Virus record (IMG/VR): IMGVR_UViG_3300016667_000248
Span: 1 to 38,846 of that record
Source of the DNA: a virus
Lineage: Duplodnaviria > Caudoviricetes
Length of the DNA: 38,846 nt
Strand: one strand, 5' to 3'
The notes under the pieces were generated by a model. It saw only the letters and a list, made by a program, of their open reading frames with translations. It had not been told where the DNA came from and ran no database searches. Numbering within the stretch: position 1 is the stretch's first letter; every line of letters starts with the position of its first letter. The position numbers were made by a program, and so were the translations under genes. Positions 8,312 through 18,007 of this stretch are shown here, piece after piece.

Positions 8312-8731
8312 ATGTCGATGCTGACCAAAGGCCCGTCCCTGCTGTATGGCAGCGACAAGGGCGATACGAACGCCGCGTCTGAATTCATCTCCCGCCTGAT
8401 GACCGGCGCGGTGATGATGCACATGCACCACCTGATGGTCACGGGGCAGGGCAGCTACGCCATGCACACCGCGCTCGGGGTGTACGGGGAACTGGCTGAC
8501 CTGGCGGATGGCCTGGCGGAAGCGTGGATGGGCTGCACCGGCATGGCCGTGTCGTTCACGGGCGGAACCGTGCAAATCGGCACGGATCCCAAGGCGGATG
8601 TCCAGGCTCTGTACGAGTATGTGGAGTCGGCTCGAGCCGCGCTCGGCAGCGAGTCGCACATTCAGAACGAGGTGGACGCGGTCTGCACCCTGCTGTCCTC
8701 TTGCCTCTACAAGCTCAACAGGCTTGCATAA
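8312..8731 (+). CDS. Ferritin/Dps-like four-helix bundle protein (DUF5856-like)
   Basis: H..H....SYA.H.AL..Y..L....D.LAE..MG...QN.VD.....L....YKL pattern. Confidence 0.7.
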   Translation: MSMLTKGPSLLYGSDKGDTNAASEFISRLMTGAVMMHMHHLMVTGQGSYAMHTALGVYGELADLADGLAEAWMGCTGMAVSFTGGTVQIGTDPKADVQALYEYVESARAALGSESHIQNEVDAVCTLLSSCLYKLNRLA

Positions 8732-8740
8732 AGGAAAGCC

Positions 8741-9010
8741 ATGCCAATTACAGCAGCAAATGTTCGCTCACCAGGCCCGATTCCGGGTGCATTTGGAGCA
8801 GTCGTAGTTCCGGCCAACACCGACACAACCCTGGCATGTTCGACAACTTGTCTGTATGTGTCGCACAACGCGGCTTGGTCAATCACCGTTGTAATGGAAA
8901 ACGGCGATTCGGTTGTCATTCAGGGGCATACCAACGGCATTGTGTTGCCAATCCGCGTCACTCGCGTTACTGCCTCAACAGCTGCAATGCACATCGTGGC
9001 AATGTTCTGA
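8741..9010 (+). CDS. Small beta-rich protein, head spike-base-like (RcGTA Rcc01079-like)
   Basis: LYV......V.M.NGD.V.......G.VLPIRV.RV.A......IVA pattern; lies in the head module. Confidence 0.55.
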   Translation: MPITAANVRSPGPIPGAFGAVVVPANTDTTLACSTTCLYVSHNAAWSITVVMENGDSVVIQGHTNGIVLPIRVTRVTASTAAMHIVAMF

Positions 9011-9018
9011 CCGTCCTA

Positions 9019-9046
9019 TTGCCAACGCAATGAAAGACGGTAGAGT
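9019..9046 (+). promoter_or_regulatory. Putative leaderless promoter TTGCCA-N16-TAGAGT-N6-ATG
   Basis: Same geometry as the promoters at 1645, 3933 and 30786; no SD before ATG 9053. Confidence 0.5.
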
Positions 9047-9052
9047 TTGCAA

Positions 9053-9400
9053 ATGAGCCAGTACGACCCGCTTGACCTAAAGGCGCAGGAACGCGCCAGG
9101 CACGAAAAGGATCTTCAGATCCGCATCGCGCAGGAAACGGAAGAAGCGGACATCAGATGGCTCATGGGTAACAAGCGTGGTCGCCGCATCGTGTGGCGAT
9201 TGCTGGATCAGGCAGGAGTGTTCCGCTCGTCGTTCAACACCAACGCAATGGCAATGTCCTTTGCGGAAGGCAACAGAAACTACGGGCTTCGCATTCTCTC
9301 AATGATCCATACGCAATGCCCAGAGCTGTATCCCGTGATGATGAAGGAACAGACGAATGACCGAAACGATGACGATGGCGGAAGCCGCGCCCACAGCTAG
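9053..9400 (+). CDS. Bbp19-like head assembly protein
   Basis: DIRWLM....GRRIVWRLL..AGVFRSSF......MSF.EG.RN.GL; located between portal and scaffold. Confidence 0.8.
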   Translation: MSQYDPLDLKAQERARHEKDLQIRIAQETEEADIRWLMGNKRGRRIVWRLLDQAGVFRSSFNTNAMAMSFAEGNRNYGLRILSMIHTQCPELYPVMMKEQTNDRNDDDGGSRAHS

Positions 9401-10076
9401 CGGCAACCCCACGAATCCACTTTCCGGCCAGGCGGCAGCGACGGCTGAAGCTCTGTACGGAAACACGCAGCGAACCGATCAGGGATCGCCGCCGGCAGTC
9501 GCGGATGCGACCAAGCCGGCGCAGCCCGTTGGCAATCAGCCGGTCGATCCTGCACAGGCCAAGGGCGAGGCGGAAGCCAAGCCGGAAGCCAAGCAGGGCG
9601 CACCGGAGAAGTACGAATTCAAGTCGCCTGAAGGACAGGGGTTCGACCCGGAAACCATGAAGGTTTACGGAGAGGTTGCCAAGGAGCTGAATCTTTCCCA
9701 GGAGTCGGCACAGAAGATCCTGGACCGCATGGCCCCGACCGTTGCACAGCGACAGGTCGCGGCCATTCAACAGGTTCATGCCCAATGGGCAGAGGCTTCA
9801 AGGACTGACCAGGAGTTCGGAGGCGACAAGCTGATGGACAACCTTGGCGTTGCCAAGAAGGCTCTTGACTCGTTCGGCACACCGGAACTTCGTTCTCTGC
9901 TCAATGACTCGGGCCTCGGGAACCACCCGGAAATCATCCGGTTCATGGTTCGCGCAGGACGAGCAATCTCGGAGGACCGCTTTGTCGGAGGGTCTGCGCC
10001 GTCCCCAGGTCGTGGGTCGGTCAAGGACTTCAACTCTGCCGCAGCGGCCCTGTACTCGAATCAATCCCAACTCTGA
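9357..10076 (+). CDS. Capsid scaffolding/assembly protein (Bbp18-like)
   Basis: Low-complexity N-terminus, APEKYEF, AKELNLSQE.AQK, L..SGLGNHPE.IR; directly upstream of the MCP. Confidence 0.8.
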   Translation: MTETMTMAEAAPTASGNPTNPLSGQAAATAEALYGNTQRTDQGSPPAVADATKPAQPVGNQPVDPAQAKGEAEAKPEAKQGAPEKYEFKSPEGQGFDPETMKVYGEVAKELNLSQESAQKILDRMAPTVAQRQVAAIQQVHAQWAEASRTDQEFGGDKLMDNLGVAKKALDSFGTPELRSLLNDSGLGNHPEIIRFMVRAGRAISEDRFVGGSAPSPGRGSVKDFNSAAAALYSNQSQL

Positions 10077-10093
10077 CATAAGGAGCCACAACA

Positions 10094-11146
10094 ATGGCAA
10101 CCATTACTTCTGGAAACCTGACGCTTGCCGATTGGGCAAAGCGTTCTGACCCGAATGGCCGCATCCCGATCATTGCGGAACTTCTCTCGCAGTCGAACGA
10201 GATCCTTGAGGATTGCGTGTTCAAGGAGGGCAACCTGCCCACCGGCGAACGAGTCGTGATCCGCACGGGCCTCCCGACCGTGTACTGGCGTTCGCTCAAC
10301 CAGGGCATTCCCTCGAGCAAGTCCACGACCGCCCAGGTCGATGAAGCTTGCGGCATCCTTGAGGCCCGTAGCGAGGTTGACAAGGATCTTGCCATGCTCA
10401 ACGGCAACACGGCGCAGTTCCGTCTGTCGGAGGACACGGCGTTCCTTGAGGCCATGAACCAGGCGCAGGCGAACACGCTGTTCTACGGGAATCCAACGAC
10501 CAACCCCACGCAGTTCCTTGGGCTGGCGCAGCGTTACAACGCTCTCTCGGGTTCCAACAGCAGCCAGAATGTCCTGTCTGCCGGCGGCACGACTGCCACT
10601 TCACAGGCGAGTGTGTACCTCGTCGTGTGGGGTGACAACACCGTGTACTGCCCGTTCCCCAAGGGCAGCAAGGCTGGCCTCATCCATGAGGATCTCGGAG
10701 AGCAGACCGTCTACATGGAGTCCGCTGCCGGCGCGTCCACCGCGTCCGCGACGAACCGCATGCAGGCGTATGTCACGCGCTACCAGTGGAAGAACGGCCT
10801 TGTCGTGAAGGACTGGCGGTATGTGGTTCGCATCTGCAACATCGAGCCGTCCGTGCTGTTCGCGCAGACCGGAGCGCAGGCAACCACCGCCGGCACGGCC
10901 CTCATCAAGCTGATGGCCCGTGCGATGTACCGCATCCCCAACATGTCGATGGGCCGTGCGGCCTTCTACATGAACCGCACCATCCACAGCGGCCTGGCTT
11001 GCATGGCCCTGGACAAGTCGCAGTATGTCCTCAAGGTTGAGGACGGTCTTTCGCAGTTCGGCACGGCGGGCAAGTACCTGTCGTTCCTCGGAATCCCGCT
11101 GCGCCGCGTCGATGCGCTGCTCAACAATGAAGCCGTGGTCAGCTGA
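10094..11146 (+). CDS. Major capsid protein (BPP-1 Bbp17 / epsilon15 gp7-like, HK97 fold)
   Basis: TLADWAKR.DP, IAELL.Q.NEIL.D, RTGLP...WR..N.G, GL.VKDWRYVVRI.NI, F.GIP.RR.D; AAGGAG RBS. Confidence 0.93.
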   Translation: MATITSGNLTLADWAKRSDPNGRIPIIAELLSQSNEILEDCVFKEGNLPTGERVVIRTGLPTVYWRSLNQGIPSSKSTTAQVDEACGILEARSEVDKDLAMLNGNTAQFRLSEDTAFLEAMNQAQANTLFYGNPTTNPTQFLGLAQRYNALSGSNSSQNVLSAGGTTATSQASVYLVVWGDNTVYCPFPKGSKAGLIHEDLGEQTVYMESAAGASTASATNRMQAYVTRYQWKNGLVVKDWRYVVRICNIEPSVLFAQTGAQATTAGTALIKLMARAMYRIPNMSMGRAAFYMNRTIHSGLACMALDKSQYVLKVEDGLSQFGTAGKYLSFLGIPLRRVDALLNNEAVVS

Positions 11147-11180
11147 TAGCTGAACCCTTTCAAAGAAAGAGGAATCACCA

Positions 11181-11642
11181 ATGATTCTTGACAACTACCT
11201 CGTCGTGTCGGGAACCGTCCCGGCAACTGGCAACATCACGGGTCAGGCGTTCACGGCCACCGCTGTGTCCACCGACACCGTTGACATCACGAACATCCGT
11301 GACATCGGTGAAGGCCAGGATCTGTACATGATGTTCACCGTCGTGGCTGCGTTTACTGGTTTGACCTCGGTGACGATTGATGTCATCGGCGCAACCAACG
11401 CCGCCCTGTCCACGGGCGTGGTGACGCTTGGATCGGCTGGCACGATTGCCCAGGCCAACCTGACCGCCAATGCAACCTTCGCGGTTCGCATCAACCCCGC
11501 GCTGTTCTCGCTCGGCACGCGCTACATCGGTGCGCGGTACACCGTTGCCGGAACTGGTACGGCAGGATCCATGTGTGCGTACATCGTGCAGGACATCCAG
11601 GATGGCCGGAAGTTCTACGCCTCTGGTTTCTCCGTCACCTGA
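11181..11642 (+). CDS. Capsid cement/decoration protein (Bbp16-like)
   Basis: MILD..L, A.T.TA.STD.VD, RDIG.G..L, RY....YTV.GT...G; follows the MCP. Confidence 0.8.
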   Translation: MILDNYLVVSGTVPATGNITGQAFTATAVSTDTVDITNIRDIGEGQDLYMMFTVVAAFTGLTSVTIDVIGATNAALSTGVVTLGSAGTIAQANLTANATFAVRINPALFSLGTRYIGARYTVAGTGTAGSMCAYIVQDIQDGRKFYASGFSVT

Positions 11643-11660
11643 TACCAAGAAAGTCAGGAC

Positions 11661-11858
11661 ATGGCAAAGGTCAAGGCACTTCTGGATTGCTTTGTTGACA
11701 ACAACTTGCGAAAGGAGGGCGATGTGTTTTTCTACGATGGCCCTCGTTCTGACTGCTTTGAACTGCTCGAGGGCGAGTTTGCCGACGAGCAGGCGCAGCC
11801 GGCAAGGCGTGGTCGCAAGCCCAAGCTGGCAAGTGATGTGATCGACTCCGTGATCTGA
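11661..11858 (+). CDS. Small hypothetical virion-module protein, 65 aa
   Basis: AGGA RBS; K.KAL..CF.D..L...GDVF pattern; ends RRGRKPK. Confidence 0.7.
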   Translation: MAKVKALLDCFVDNNLRKEGDVFFYDGPRSDCFELLEGEFADEQAQPARRGRKPKLASDVIDSVI

Positions 11859-11879
11859 CAACTTGCGTTGAGGCCCAAG

Positions 11880-11914
11880 CAGGGGGAGCCGTTGGGCGAC
11901 CACGGCTCCCCCTG
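11880..11914 (+). terminator. Strong stem-loop after the capsid genes (terminator or mRNA-stabilising hairpin)
   Basis: CAGGGGGAGCCGT-N9-ACGGCTCCCCCTG, 13-bp perfect stem; no clear U-tract. Confidence 0.5.
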
Positions 11915-11937
11915 TCTGCCAAGAACAGGAGCAAGCG

Positions 11938-12618
11938 ATGGCTTCGGATGTCGATATCTGCAACCTTGCCCTGGCATACCTGGGCGATACGGCAACTCTG
12001 TCAAGCGTGAATCCGCCGGAAGGGTCGGCGCAGTCCGACCATTGCCATCGGTTCTACCCGGTGGCACGGGACACGCTGCTTCAGATGCACAACTGGAACT
12101 TCGCCTCGCGCCGGGTTCTCCTGGCACGGGTGGAGAACACCTACACGATGTGGAAGTACGCCTACGCGCTTCCCGCCGATTTGATGGACGCGGTGGCGGT
12201 CCTGCCCCCGGAGGCGATGGACGATTACGCCACGCCTTTCGCGCCAAGCGACACTCCGTTCTACGCCTACAACCTTCCTCCGGTCGTTGCCGCCGGCCAA
12301 TATGTGCCGCAGCGGTACGACCTTGAGATCGACGCAAACGGCAATCGGATCCTCCTGACCAATCAGGAGAATGCCATGCTGCGCTATCAGGCAAGCATCA
12401 CGGACACCGGGCGATACCCGCCCTTGTTCGTACTGACGCTGTCGTGGCATCTTGCTTCCATGCTTGCTGGGCCGCTGATCAAGGGCGCGGAGGGAGCGGC
12501 GGAAGGCAAGCGTTGCAGTCAGATGATGGCCGCGTACATGCAGCAGGCCATCAATCAGGACAGCAATCAGCGCAACATCAAGCCGGAACACATCGTCCCC
12601 TGGACGGCAGGACGCTGA
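11938..12618 (+). CDS. Tail tubular protein A / head-tail adaptor
   Basis: S.VDICNLAL..LG, H.WNFA..R..LA, W.YAY.LP.D, F...LSW.LA..LA.PL. Confidence 0.85.
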   Translation: MASDVDICNLALAYLGDTATLSSVNPPEGSAQSDHCHRFYPVARDTLLQMHNWNFASRRVLLARVENTYTMWKYAYALPADLMDAVAVLPPEAMDDYATPFAPSDTPFYAYNLPPVVAAGQYVPQRYDLEIDANGNRILLTNQENAMLRYQASITDTGRYPPLFVLTLSWHLASMLAGPLIKGAEGAAEGKRCSQMMAAYMQQAINQDSNQRNIKPEHIVPWTAGR

Positions 12619-12621
12619 CAC

Positions 12622-15435
12622 ATGGCAAGCACCCGGATCTATCACCGCTCGTTCGGCGGCGGCGAGATCGCCCCGGACATGCTTGGTCGGATTGATGACC
12701 CGCACTATCAGTCGGGCGCGGCCAAGCTTGAGAACTTCATTGCCAGGCCGCAGGGCATCGCGGAGAACAGGCCGGGGTTCACGGTGGTGCGTACCGTCAA
12801 GGACAGCACCAAGAAAACCCGGTTGATCCCGTTCACCTTCAGCACCACGCAGACAATGGTGATTGAGGTCGGGGCCGGCTATTTCCGGTTTCACACGCAA
12901 GGTCAGACGGTCGTGATCGACCCGTTTGACTCGGTACAGAAGGGCGCATGGAGCGCGGTGACCGCCTATGCGCTTGGCGACATCGTGCTTGGTTCGGACA
13001 ACAAGTATTACTACTGCACTTGGGCAAACACGGGAAACGACCCAACGATTCCAACGCCCAATTGGACAGAGACAAACGCTTGGTATGAGCCATATGAGGC
13101 ATACCAAAATGTGCAAAGTTCAGGCTCATACACGGAAGATGAGCTGATGGACATTCACTATGTCCAATCAAACGATGTGCTGACCCTCGTACATCCAAAC
13201 CACAAGCCCAAGGAACTGCGGCGATACGGGGCCAACAAGTGGATTTGCATCCCGATCACCTTTGGAGCAACGCTTGCAACGCCTACTGGCGTGTCCGTTA
13301 CCGCGTCCAAGGGTGAGGCAATCAATGTCGCAAGCACGACGGCTGGTACTCCGGGAACCATGACCACGGTAACCAACCACCAATTTATTGCAGGAAACGG
13401 TGTGTATGTCACCGGCGGTCCTGGTGGATTGGCTGATGGGTTTTACACCGTCAATTCGGTGACGGCGAATACGCTCACGCTGAAGAATTACAACACAGGC
13501 GTAGCGGTTACGACAACTGCAACAGCAGCGGTAGGTTCGATTCAGTTTGGAGAACGAATTGCCGACATTACCAACTTCTATGTCGTGACTGCGTTCAGCC
13601 AAACTACGGGTGGCGAAAGCGCACAGTCGGCGGCGGTCAGCACAACCAACAACCTGTACATCCAGGGTTCGTTCAACACGATTGCGTGGTCTGCCGTGTC
13701 GGGGGCCACGCGATACAATGTGTACAAGAGACAGAACGGGCTGTACGGGTACATCGGGCAGACGAACGGAACCTCGTTCATCGACGACAACATTGCGCCC
13801 GACCTTTCAGTAACCCCGCCTATCTACGACACGCTGTTCAATAGCACGGGGAATTATCCAGGTGCTGTGTCGTATTTCGAGCAGCGGCGCATCTTTGCCG
13901 GCACGATCAACGCTCCGCAGAACATCTGGATGACCAAGTCCGGGACGGAATCGGACATGTCCTATTCCATCCCAAGCCAGGACGATGACCGCATTGCGCT
14001 GGCGGTGGCATCCCGCGAGGCCAACACCATTCGGCACATCGTTCCGCTGACGCAGCTGCTGATGCTGACGAGCAGCGCGGAATGGCGAGTCAGCCCCGTC
14101 AACAGCGATGTCATCACGCCCTCGAGCGTGTCGGTGCGTCCGCAGTCCTATGTAGGCGCAAACAATGTGCAGCCGATCATCGTCAACAACAGCGTGGTGT
14201 ATTGCGCCGCCCGTGGCGGTCATGTGCGCGAAATGGGATATTCCTGGCAGGCATCCGGGTTTGTGACGGGCGACCTGTCGTTGCGTGCCAATCACCTGTT
14301 TGACAACCGGACGATCCTGGATTGCGCGTTCCAAAAGTCGCCGCAGCAGATCATTTGGTTTGTGTCCTCCACGGGTGCGCTGCTTGGGATCACCTATGTC
14401 CCCGAGCAGCAGATCGGCGCATGGCACGAACACACGACCACCGGAACATTTGAGAGCTGCGCGGTGGTTGCGGAAGGCACGGAAGATGTCCTGTATGTCG
14501 TGGTCAAGCGCACGATGGACGGCCAGGACTACAGGTTCATCGAACGCATGGACACCCGACAAGTGACTGATCGGCGGCAGATGGTGTTTGCCGATCATGC
14601 CTACAAGGTCACATCGCGGAACATCCTGAATCCCAACGCAAGCAACTATTACATTTCCGTGGAAGGTGGAGCAGCGTGGGATCAGACCGAGTTGCTGACC
14701 ATGAATTCCAACACCACGGGAAGCAACGGCATTAGATTCACGCCAACATTCAATCCGACCCCCGGCGTGTCCTTGCCAGGAACAACAAGTCCAAGGCTAT
14801 GCGGTCCAGGAAACATCGTGTCGATGTTTACGGATGACGGCAAGGAATACAGGTTTGAGATAGTCGCCTACATCAACAACGGAACTTGCACCGTCCGACC
14901 GCAGCAGCCCGTGCCGGAAGCCTTGCGTGCTGTACCCGTGTCGAATTGGGGAGTGTGCTTTACGCAGCACACGCTTTCTACGGAATTCTCCCCCGGCGAT
15001 GACATCTCCGTTCTGTTGGATGGCGCACCGGCAACTACCGGGTGGTCGTTCAACGGCACAAGCAAGGTCATGTCGATTGACCACCCATCCTGCGATTTGG
15101 TGTACGGGCTGCGGTACAACTGCAATTTGCAGACGCTGCCAATGGTCATGGACACGGACGCATACGGCCAAGGCCGCATGAAAAATGTCAACCGCGTGTG
15201 GCTGAAGGTCGTGCGGTCATCCGGCATCCTGATCGGGCCGGATGCGGAACACTTGGTCGAAACCAAGATTCGCACGACCGAGCTGTATGGCGAACCCCCG
15301 GACTTCAAGACAGAGGAAATCCTGATTGTCATTCCGCCGTCATGGCAGAACGGCGGTCAGCTGTACATCCGGCAAACCGACCCCCTGCCCTTGGCACTTG
15401 TGGGCTTCACCGCTGAAGTTTCTATCGGAGGCTGA
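12622..15435 (+). CDS. Tail tubular protein B / nozzle (Bbp13, T7 gp12-like)
   Basis: SFGGGEI.P...GRID, RLIPFTFS..QT.VIE.G..YFRFH, YP..V.YFEQRR.FAGT, AWH.H.T.G.FES, Q..PLPL. Confidence 0.9.
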   Translation: MASTRIYHRSFGGGEIAPDMLGRIDDPHYQSGAAKLENFIARPQGIAENRPGFTVVRTVKDSTKKTRLIPFTFSTTQTMVIEVGAGYFRFHTQGQTVVIDPFDSVQKGAWSAVTAYALGDIVLGSDNKYYYCTWANTGNDPTIPTPNWTETNAWYEPYEAYQNVQSSGSYTEDELMDIHYVQSNDVLTLVHPNHKPKELRRYGANKWICIPITFGATLATPTGVSVTASKGEAINVASTTAGTPGTMTTVTNHQFIAGNGVYVTGGPGGLADGFYTVNSVTANTLTLKNYNTGVAVTTTATAAVGSIQFGERIADITNFYVVTAFSQTTGGESAQSAAVSTTNNLYIQGSFNTIAWSAVSGATRYNVYKRQNGLYGYIGQTNGTSFIDDNIAPDLSVTPPIYDTLFNSTGNYPGAVSYFEQRRIFAGTINAPQNIWMTKSGTESDMSYSIPSQDDDRIALAVASREANTIRHIVPLTQLLMLTSSAEWRVSPVNSDVITPSSVSVRPQSYVGANNVQPIIVNNSVVYCAARGGHVREMGYSWQASGFVTGDLSLRANHLFDNRTILDCAFQKSPQQIIWFVSSTGALLGITYVPEQQIGAWHEHTTTGTFESCAVVAEGTEDVLYVVVKRTMDGQDYRFIERMDTRQVTDRRQMVFADHAYKVTSRNILNPNASNYYISVEGGAAWDQTELLTMNSNTTGSNGIRFTPTFNPTPGVSLPGTTSPRLCGPGNIVSMFTDDGKEYRFEIVAYINNGTCTVRPQQPVPEALRAVPVSNWGVCFTQHTLSTEFSPGDDISVLLDGAPATTGWSFNGTSKVMSIDHPSCDLVYGLRYNCNLQTLPMVMDTDAYGQGRMKNVNRVWLKVVRSSGILIGPDAEHLVETKIRTTELYGEPPDFKTEEILIVIPPSWQNGGQLYIRQTDPLPLALVGFTAEVSIGG

Positions 15436-15437
15436 CC

Positions 15438-16205
15438 ATGACCGCGCTGCCATCCAACTACGGCACAGGCGCAATGCTGATGCGTAATCAGGGTTCCGAG
15501 TACCCATCCTGGTACGGCACGGGTGCGCTGCTCACGGACACCTCGAGCCTTCCGGCGTGGTACGGAACCGGGCAGCTGCTTCAGGTTCCGCAGTCGGATC
15601 CGATGGCAGGGCTTGCCGCCGGTATGCCGATTTTCGGCGGGGTCATGTCGATCTTTGGCGCGATCAACAGCGCAATCGGCGCGTACTACCAGGCCGAAAA
15701 TCAGAAGATCCAGCTGAAGATGCAGGCCAACAACCTGAAGTTTCAGTCAGGCATGGCGAAGATCAACGCCAAGGCTGCGGAACGGACGGCGCAGGACATC
15801 ATGCAGGCCGGGCAGCAGCAAGTCGGGCGGTACACGATGCAGGCCGGCCAGGCCCGTGCCAGCGCGGTCGCGGCAATGGCCGGGCGCGGCTACGCCATCG
15901 GCCAGGGTTCGTCCAAGGAAATCCTTGCAAGCATGGACTTGATCAAGGAAATCGACATGATGACGATCAACGCCAACACCATGCGCCAGGCAACGGCTGC
16001 GCGGACGCAGTCGTTCAATTACGCCACGCAGGCCACCATGTCGGGCCTGTCGGCGCAGAACCTCATGGGCATGAGCGGGACGATCAACCCCGCCCTGTCC
16101 GTGTCTACGAGCCTCCTGGGCAGCTTCACGGACATTGGATCGGTGTGGGCAAGGAACCGCCGCATTGATGACATGCTGAACGCGCTGTCCACCCGAAGGA
16201 TCTGA
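15438..16205 (+). CDS. Internal virion (ejection) protein 1, T7 gp14-like position
   Basis: Ala/Gln/Gly/Met-rich helical protein after the nozzle; Q.RA..A..G...G.GS motif; three N-terminal repeats. Confidence 0.7.
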   Translation: MTALPSNYGTGAMLMRNQGSEYPSWYGTGALLTDTSSLPAWYGTGQLLQVPQSDPMAGLAAGMPIFGGVMSIFGAINSAIGAYYQAENQKIQLKMQANNLKFQSGMAKINAKAAERTAQDIMQAGQQQVGRYTMQAGQARASAVAAMAGRGYAIGQGSSKEILASMDLIKEIDMMTINANTMRQATAARTQSFNYATQATMSGLSAQNLMGMSGTINPALSVSTSLLGSFTDIGSVWARNRRIDDMLNALSTRRI

Positions 16206-16207
16206 CC

Positions 16208-18007
16208 ATGCCAACCGTACCAAGCGCATTTGTCCCACAGGTCGGGCCGCAGGGCGAAGGGTCGATGGTTCCCCTGCAAGCCCCGGCGGTGCAGCCGTTC
16301 GAGAACGCCACTCCCAAGCAGCTCATAGAGTTCGGCCAGGCCGAGACACGCGCCGGCCTGACGGCCTACCGCGCCGGCGTGGCCTTGCAGGACGAGATGG
16401 ACGAGGCCGCGACCAAGGAAGCGGACACGCGATTCCTGGCCGTGGCCCAGGACATCATGCGCGGCAAGAACGGGTATCTGACTTCCGTGGGCAAGGATGC
16501 CGATTTCCGTCTTGGCGAAGCGCAATCTGCGCTGATCAACGCCATGAAGTCCGCGTCCGAAGGTCTTGGCAACGACACGCAGCGGCGGATGTTTGAGCAA
16601 GTCGCCACCCGCAACATGCTTCAGTTGCAGGGGCAGATGCTTGACCATCGAAACAACCAAGTCAAGAACTACGCCGTCAAGGAATCGCTGTCACGCGCCG
16701 ACACCTATTCCGATCAGGCCATCCTGGCGCACATGGAAGTCGGCAAGACGGAAGATCCCGAAAAGAACGATCAGAGTTGGAAGGCGTTCACGGTCAACTT
16801 TGACATTGCCGTGCAGGAAGCCAACAAGGCTGCGGATCTTCTTGGGTTGCCGCAGGAATCTGATCAGCGCAAGGCGATGGTTCAGCAGTTGGCCGACAAG
16901 GTCGGGACAGGCGTGGTGTCCGACTTGATTCAACGCAAGAAGTTTGCCGATGCCGAGTATTACGCCAAGAACAGCGACCTGTCTCCGACAGTCAAGGACA
17001 AGTTGATTGGCAGCATTGAGTCCAATCGGGAACGGTCGGTGATTGCCGAGCTGACGCGAAGCGTGATCGACAAGGGCATTCTGTTTGCGCCAAGCGACAC
17101 CAACGAATATCCGGGCTTGGCAGAACCGCGGTTTGCCGCCAACGACCCGCGCAATCAGACGATGGCCCCGGTCACCGACCTCAAGGAAGCCCTGACGGTT
17201 GCCGCGCAGATTGAGGATCCGGTCATGCGCCGCATTGTCACGGCCAATGTGCGCCAGGAATTTGGGGAACGCGAAAGCATGAGGCGGCAGAAGTATGCCG
17301 AATTGCTGAATGCCGCAGAGAATTTCATGGCTTCAGGTCAGCCGGTGTCGGCCATGCCGCAAGCTATTTGGAATCAGCTTGAGGCAAAAGATCAGGCGCA
17401 GTACCTCAAGGAGCAGCGCAAGACCGATGAGGTTGGCGCAATGGAGGAATTGGCGCGGAACCCTGGTCTGCTGTCGCAGGATTGGCTTGTTGAAAATCGC
17501 AGCCGAATCACGCCGCAGACTTATGTGGATCTGCTGCAAAAGCTCAATCAACCGGAAAAAATTCTTGAGGCCACGGCTGACGCGCAGTTGCTGAATTCCA
17601 CGCTCGTCAACGCCGGATTGACCAACCTGGCATTCCCGAGCAGCACCGAGGACAAGACGGCCTCGTTGCTGATGCGAAACAATGTCGAAACCATGATCGA
17701 CATAGCGCAGCGCAACAAGGGCGGAAAGCTGACGCGGGATGAACAGCAGGCAGTCATTGACCGGGTCATCAAGGAAAAGGCAATGGTCGATCAGCCGTGG
17801 TATCGGTGGTCGAACGACTACGAAAAGCCTGTTGCCGCCATGACGCAAGATGAGCTGTCTAGGGCGTATGTCTCTGTCAATAAGGAATTGATCCCGCTAG
17901 CATTTGCAAGGCGTGCGCGAATCGAATTGCAGAAGGCAGGCTTGGGAATGCCATCTGACGCGGACATCTACCAGTTCTGGGTGAAGAAAGGCAAGCCAAG
18001 TGGTTGA
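16208..18007 (+). CDS. Internal virion (ejection) protein 2
   Basis: MPTVP...PQV start and NGYL..GKDA motif; helical, 599 aa; syntenic with ejection proteins. Confidence 0.7.
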   Translation: MPTVPSAFVPQVGPQGEGSMVPLQAPAVQPFENATPKQLIEFGQAETRAGLTAYRAGVALQDEMDEAATKEADTRFLAVAQDIMRGKNGYLTSVGKDADFRLGEAQSALINAMKSASEGLGNDTQRRMFEQVATRNMLQLQGQMLDHRNNQVKNYAVKESLSRADTYSDQAILAHMEVGKTEDPEKNDQSWKAFTVNFDIAVQEANKAADLLGLPQESDQRKAMVQQLADKVGTGVVSDLIQRKKFADAEYYAKNSDLSPTVKDKLIGSIESNRERSVIAELTRSVIDKGILFAPSDTNEYPGLAEPRFAANDPRNQTMAPVTDLKEALTVAAQIEDPVMRRIVTANVRQEFGERESMRRQKYAELLNAAENFMASGQPVSAMPQAIWNQLEAKDQAQYLKEQRKTDEVGAMEELARNPGLLSQDWLVENRSRITPQTYVDLLQKLNQPEKILEATADAQLLNSTLVNAGLTNLAFPSSTEDKTASLLMRNNVETMIDIAQRNKGGKLTRDEQQAVIDRVIKEKAMVDQPWYRWSNDYEKPVAAMTQDELSRAYVSVNKELIPLAFARRARIELQKAGLGMPSDADIYQFWVKKGKPSG

